Shown piece by piece: positions 60,787 through 64,000 of a stretch of 64,000 nucleotides of DNA. Under the pieces are notes generated by a model. It worked only from the letters and a program-made list of their open reading frames with translations. It did not search any database and was not told the origin of the DNA. Position 1 is the first letter of the stretch. Each line of letters opens with the position of its first letter. Origin of the DNA: Selaginella moellendorffii (taxonomy: Eukaryota > Plantae > Lycopodiophyta); NCBI RefSeq assembly GCF_000143415.4, contig NW_003314397.1:186001-250000 (forward strand). The letters are read 5' to 3'. The translations under genes and the position numbers were made by a program.

Positions 60787-63681
60787 TTATTTCTCTTCTT
60801 TTTCTAAACTATTGTCACTCTTTTTGGTATTGTTTTCTTAGGCTATTTCTTTTCATTTCTTTCTCTCTTTTGTTATGCCATTTTCATCCCTAATTCGGAG
60901 TCTTGTTTTTGCTTGTTTGCAAGTGTTGCATCGCCATTTTGGATAGCATTGCTTGTATGGTTTTGCACAATTTCTGAAACCACACAAAAGGTAATCCTTG
61001 TATCTTATACAACTTGTGTCTCCAAATGGATAGTTGTGCTTTTTCATTCTTCCTCCATCTCCAACCACTAAAATTTTTCTTTGGTCGTTTCTTTGTTATA
61101 GAATTTTTTATCTCTTTTAATTTTTTTAAGTAAACAACTTCCATTCACGAGGGCAGGGGGACAAAAAAGAGTGCATGGTCTTGGGATACTTGGGGTTAAG
61201 TGTCCTTGAATTTAAATAGTACTAGAAAGTTTCCGAGGGGCAAGTATTCCAAACTTATGTTTCCATAAAGAACAAAAACAAGCAAGATTTTCAAGATAGT
61301 GTTGGTTGTATTGTTGCAACACTAATGCCAACTATATGAAATGGCTTGAAGACACTATAGTGACAAAACTTGATGCAATACTTAAAGAATGGCCAATGGC
61401 TAATGCAGTCATACTCACCTCAAATGAGATTCAAAATCTTGAGAAATTTAGTTTCAATTTTGAAAGAAGTAAAGTTGAAAATATAAATGACATAACTAAC
61501 ACTATTCCCATAAAGATGTATAGGGGGCTAGCAAAAAATGGTAAAGCGTTCAAATTTATTAGTACCATCTCCAAGAAAAAGTAAAATAAAATAAATATTG
61601 CTCAAACACTTAAGTGTGAAATTCTCTCCATAAAGTATATCATTACGCAACTTGAAATACAAATTGGTTTAGCCTGCAAAAACATGATTTAGGCTAAGTT
61701 TATAAAAAATAAATATAAAGAGTACACAATTACCATTCAAGACTTTCTTTATTGCATATGTCCAGACTTTATAAAGCATAAGGAATATGACAAGGCATAT
61801 ACTCTTTGTAAACATATGTATTATATCTTTATCAACATCTTACTCTAGGATTTTAAAGTGGATATTTATATACACCAAACAAACCTTATTATTGTTGAGT
61901 TGTAGAAGACTTTTGGAGGTAGTTAGATTATGTTTATTCTTTATCAATAATATAAACTTTTGTATTTTTATATAATTACTAGAAGTACATGCTTTTCATT
62001 TCATATTCTTGGAAGTGTTCTCTTCATAATAATGCCTATAATATTCATGTTTCTCATAGAATCTTAAATCAAACTTGATAATTTTTACAAAGCACACAGC
62101 ACAGATTTAAATCCTATCTTATTATTAAAATACTTTGGTAGAAATTTCTTTTTCAAGAATTTAAATATTTAAGACAAGCTAAAATAGAAGTAAGAATTTT
62201 AAATAAGATAGTACAAAGTTACATATTTGCATATGAAATGCAAAGAGATATTAAAATATAGTACAAAGTTAGATTCACAATGAACTTTAATTTTTCTATT
62301 TTGTAATGTTTATAGTAAATTACATTTGAAATTTGAGCTCACCTTGTGAGCTTAAGAGTGGTTTGTGCTCAAAAAATCTTAAAATCTTACCTTGTTGTAC
62401 AAAAAATAACACAAAGAGATGTTTTTGTAGGAAAGCATATCTAATGGAAGTTTAAATTATTGTATGCCCAGATAAAACAAAAAGTTATATTTGGTCTAGA
62501 AAAGGGGAGTTAGTTGAATACCATATCACACTATATAAAGGCTATTGTGTGAATGGCTCTATATTCAAGGCAAACACAAATTTAGTGGTTGTAAATCCAA
62601 CATTAAATTATATAATATTTATTTTATATTTTTCAGTTCTCAAGAGTAAATATTATATACTAGTTGTAGTGCATATGATCATGGGATGAGCTTTGGATCT
62701 ATTATCAACAAAAAAAAAAGATGTGTTAATTAGAGAAAATGGCAAATATTTAATTCCCATTACTTATTAGTTATTTAAAATATAATATACCATTTTTTAA
62801 GATATATTTTTATCTTTAAATTGTATATATTTAGCATTCATTAGTACATTCTTCATTTTATAGGGCATTCACAACGAAAAAATCCACCATAAAACTGTAG
62901 TACAAATGGATGACTATATGGATTTACTATAAATGGAGCATTGCAGTACAGATAAATATGCTTCACATGGATTTGCTAGAAATGTTGCTGTTAATACATT
63001 CTAGTTCTTGGTTTTATATGTTTTGATCATATATGCATCTTTCCTATCAAGAACTTATTGAGGGAGCATTCTCTCTCATTCTAATACCTCTTGGTGGCAT
63101 TTTCATATGGTTTTAGATATAGTTTCATCAATTTCCAAAAGTGTTTTTTCATAGTAACAAAACAATATAAATTTCAGTTGGGGATATGTTGGAAATTTAA
63201 AGAACATTTGCTTATGTTTTATATAGATCAAATAGCTGAAAATCATTTATAAAGTCCCAAAAATCTACATATCTTGCAATACTTGATGAGTGATGTTAAA
63301 ACCTTTTATTTATTTGCATAGAGAAACAAATTCTTTCAAGCTTGCACAAGTTGAAGAGATAATTTCTTTGCAATTTGATACTACCTGCTATAAGTTTATA
63401 ATAATTCTACCAACAAGAACAAAATACATCACCTTTAGAACTTCTACAAAAGAAACATCATAAGAATTAGGCATAAAAGAATTTAACTCCAGTGCTGATT
63501 GGATGGTTGGCTATGACAGGAATAAACACTATAATGTATATACCATATATCCATATGCTGGTTTGGCAGTTGTATTTGATAGATTAATAATACTAGAGCA
63601 ATTATAATGGTTTTTAGTTGATCAAATAGTTATTTTACTTAAATCATGATTTATAATGGAATTTGAAATAATTTTCTATGC

Positions 63682-63837
63682 GTTGCATGTAACAACATTT
63701 GGTTTGCTTAATAGTAGTGTTATTCCTACTTATTAATCAAATTGATCAAATAAAAGTTTATAATATATAAACACAAGATCAACAGTAGAATAAAAAAGAA
63801 TATATTAGAAAGCAAGATTAATCTAAATGAATAACAA
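63682..63837 (+). repeat. AT-rich dispersed repeat, copy 2 (copy 1 at 5571-5816)
   Basis: Direct sequence match to 5571-5816 with internal deletions. Confidence 0.85.
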
Positions 63838-64000
63838 CCGTTAGATGGTAAAATATCCAAGCATATTTTAGTATATTCACTACCATAATACTTTGACTTA
63901 AAGTGTTCTTAATTTTAATTTTCTTAAGAGATGTCGTACATGATCAATTGATGACAAACATTACCCCGTATTGGTATAAATAGAGTTCAAATTGTTCAAA

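Overview
Eukaryotic nuclear DNA from a land plant with a very compact genome. Introns are ~50-60 nt, intergenic gaps are often <200 nt, PLS-class PPR editing factors are expanded and axonemal dynein genes are retained. This combination most resembles a Selaginella-type lycophyte (inference). A gene-dense core (5.9-58 kb, ~24 apparently intact genes) is bracketed by AT-rich LTR-retrotransposon/repeat debris (2.6-5.9 kb and 58-64 kb). The core is interrupted by an ~8-kb accessory island (20.9-28.9 kb) containing a MITE-disrupted MORC pseudogene, an OTU-deubiquitinase fragment, two decayed copies of the neighbouring CGEP 5' half, and a Crinkler/RHS-type coiled-coil + P-loop NTPase + restriction-endonuclease-fold gene immediately followed by a PHD finger. 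Other highlights: a CBL gene with a duplicated alternative last exon; a tandem lysyl-tRNA synthetase paralog that has lost catalytic and anticodon residues; an in-frame CGEP/asparaginase junction only 36 nt long; a ~1-kb near-perfect-junction hairpin; and a germin gene split into oppositely oriented halves. All family calls come from motif recognition by eye; no database searches were run. Multi-exon genes are given as start-to-stop spans.
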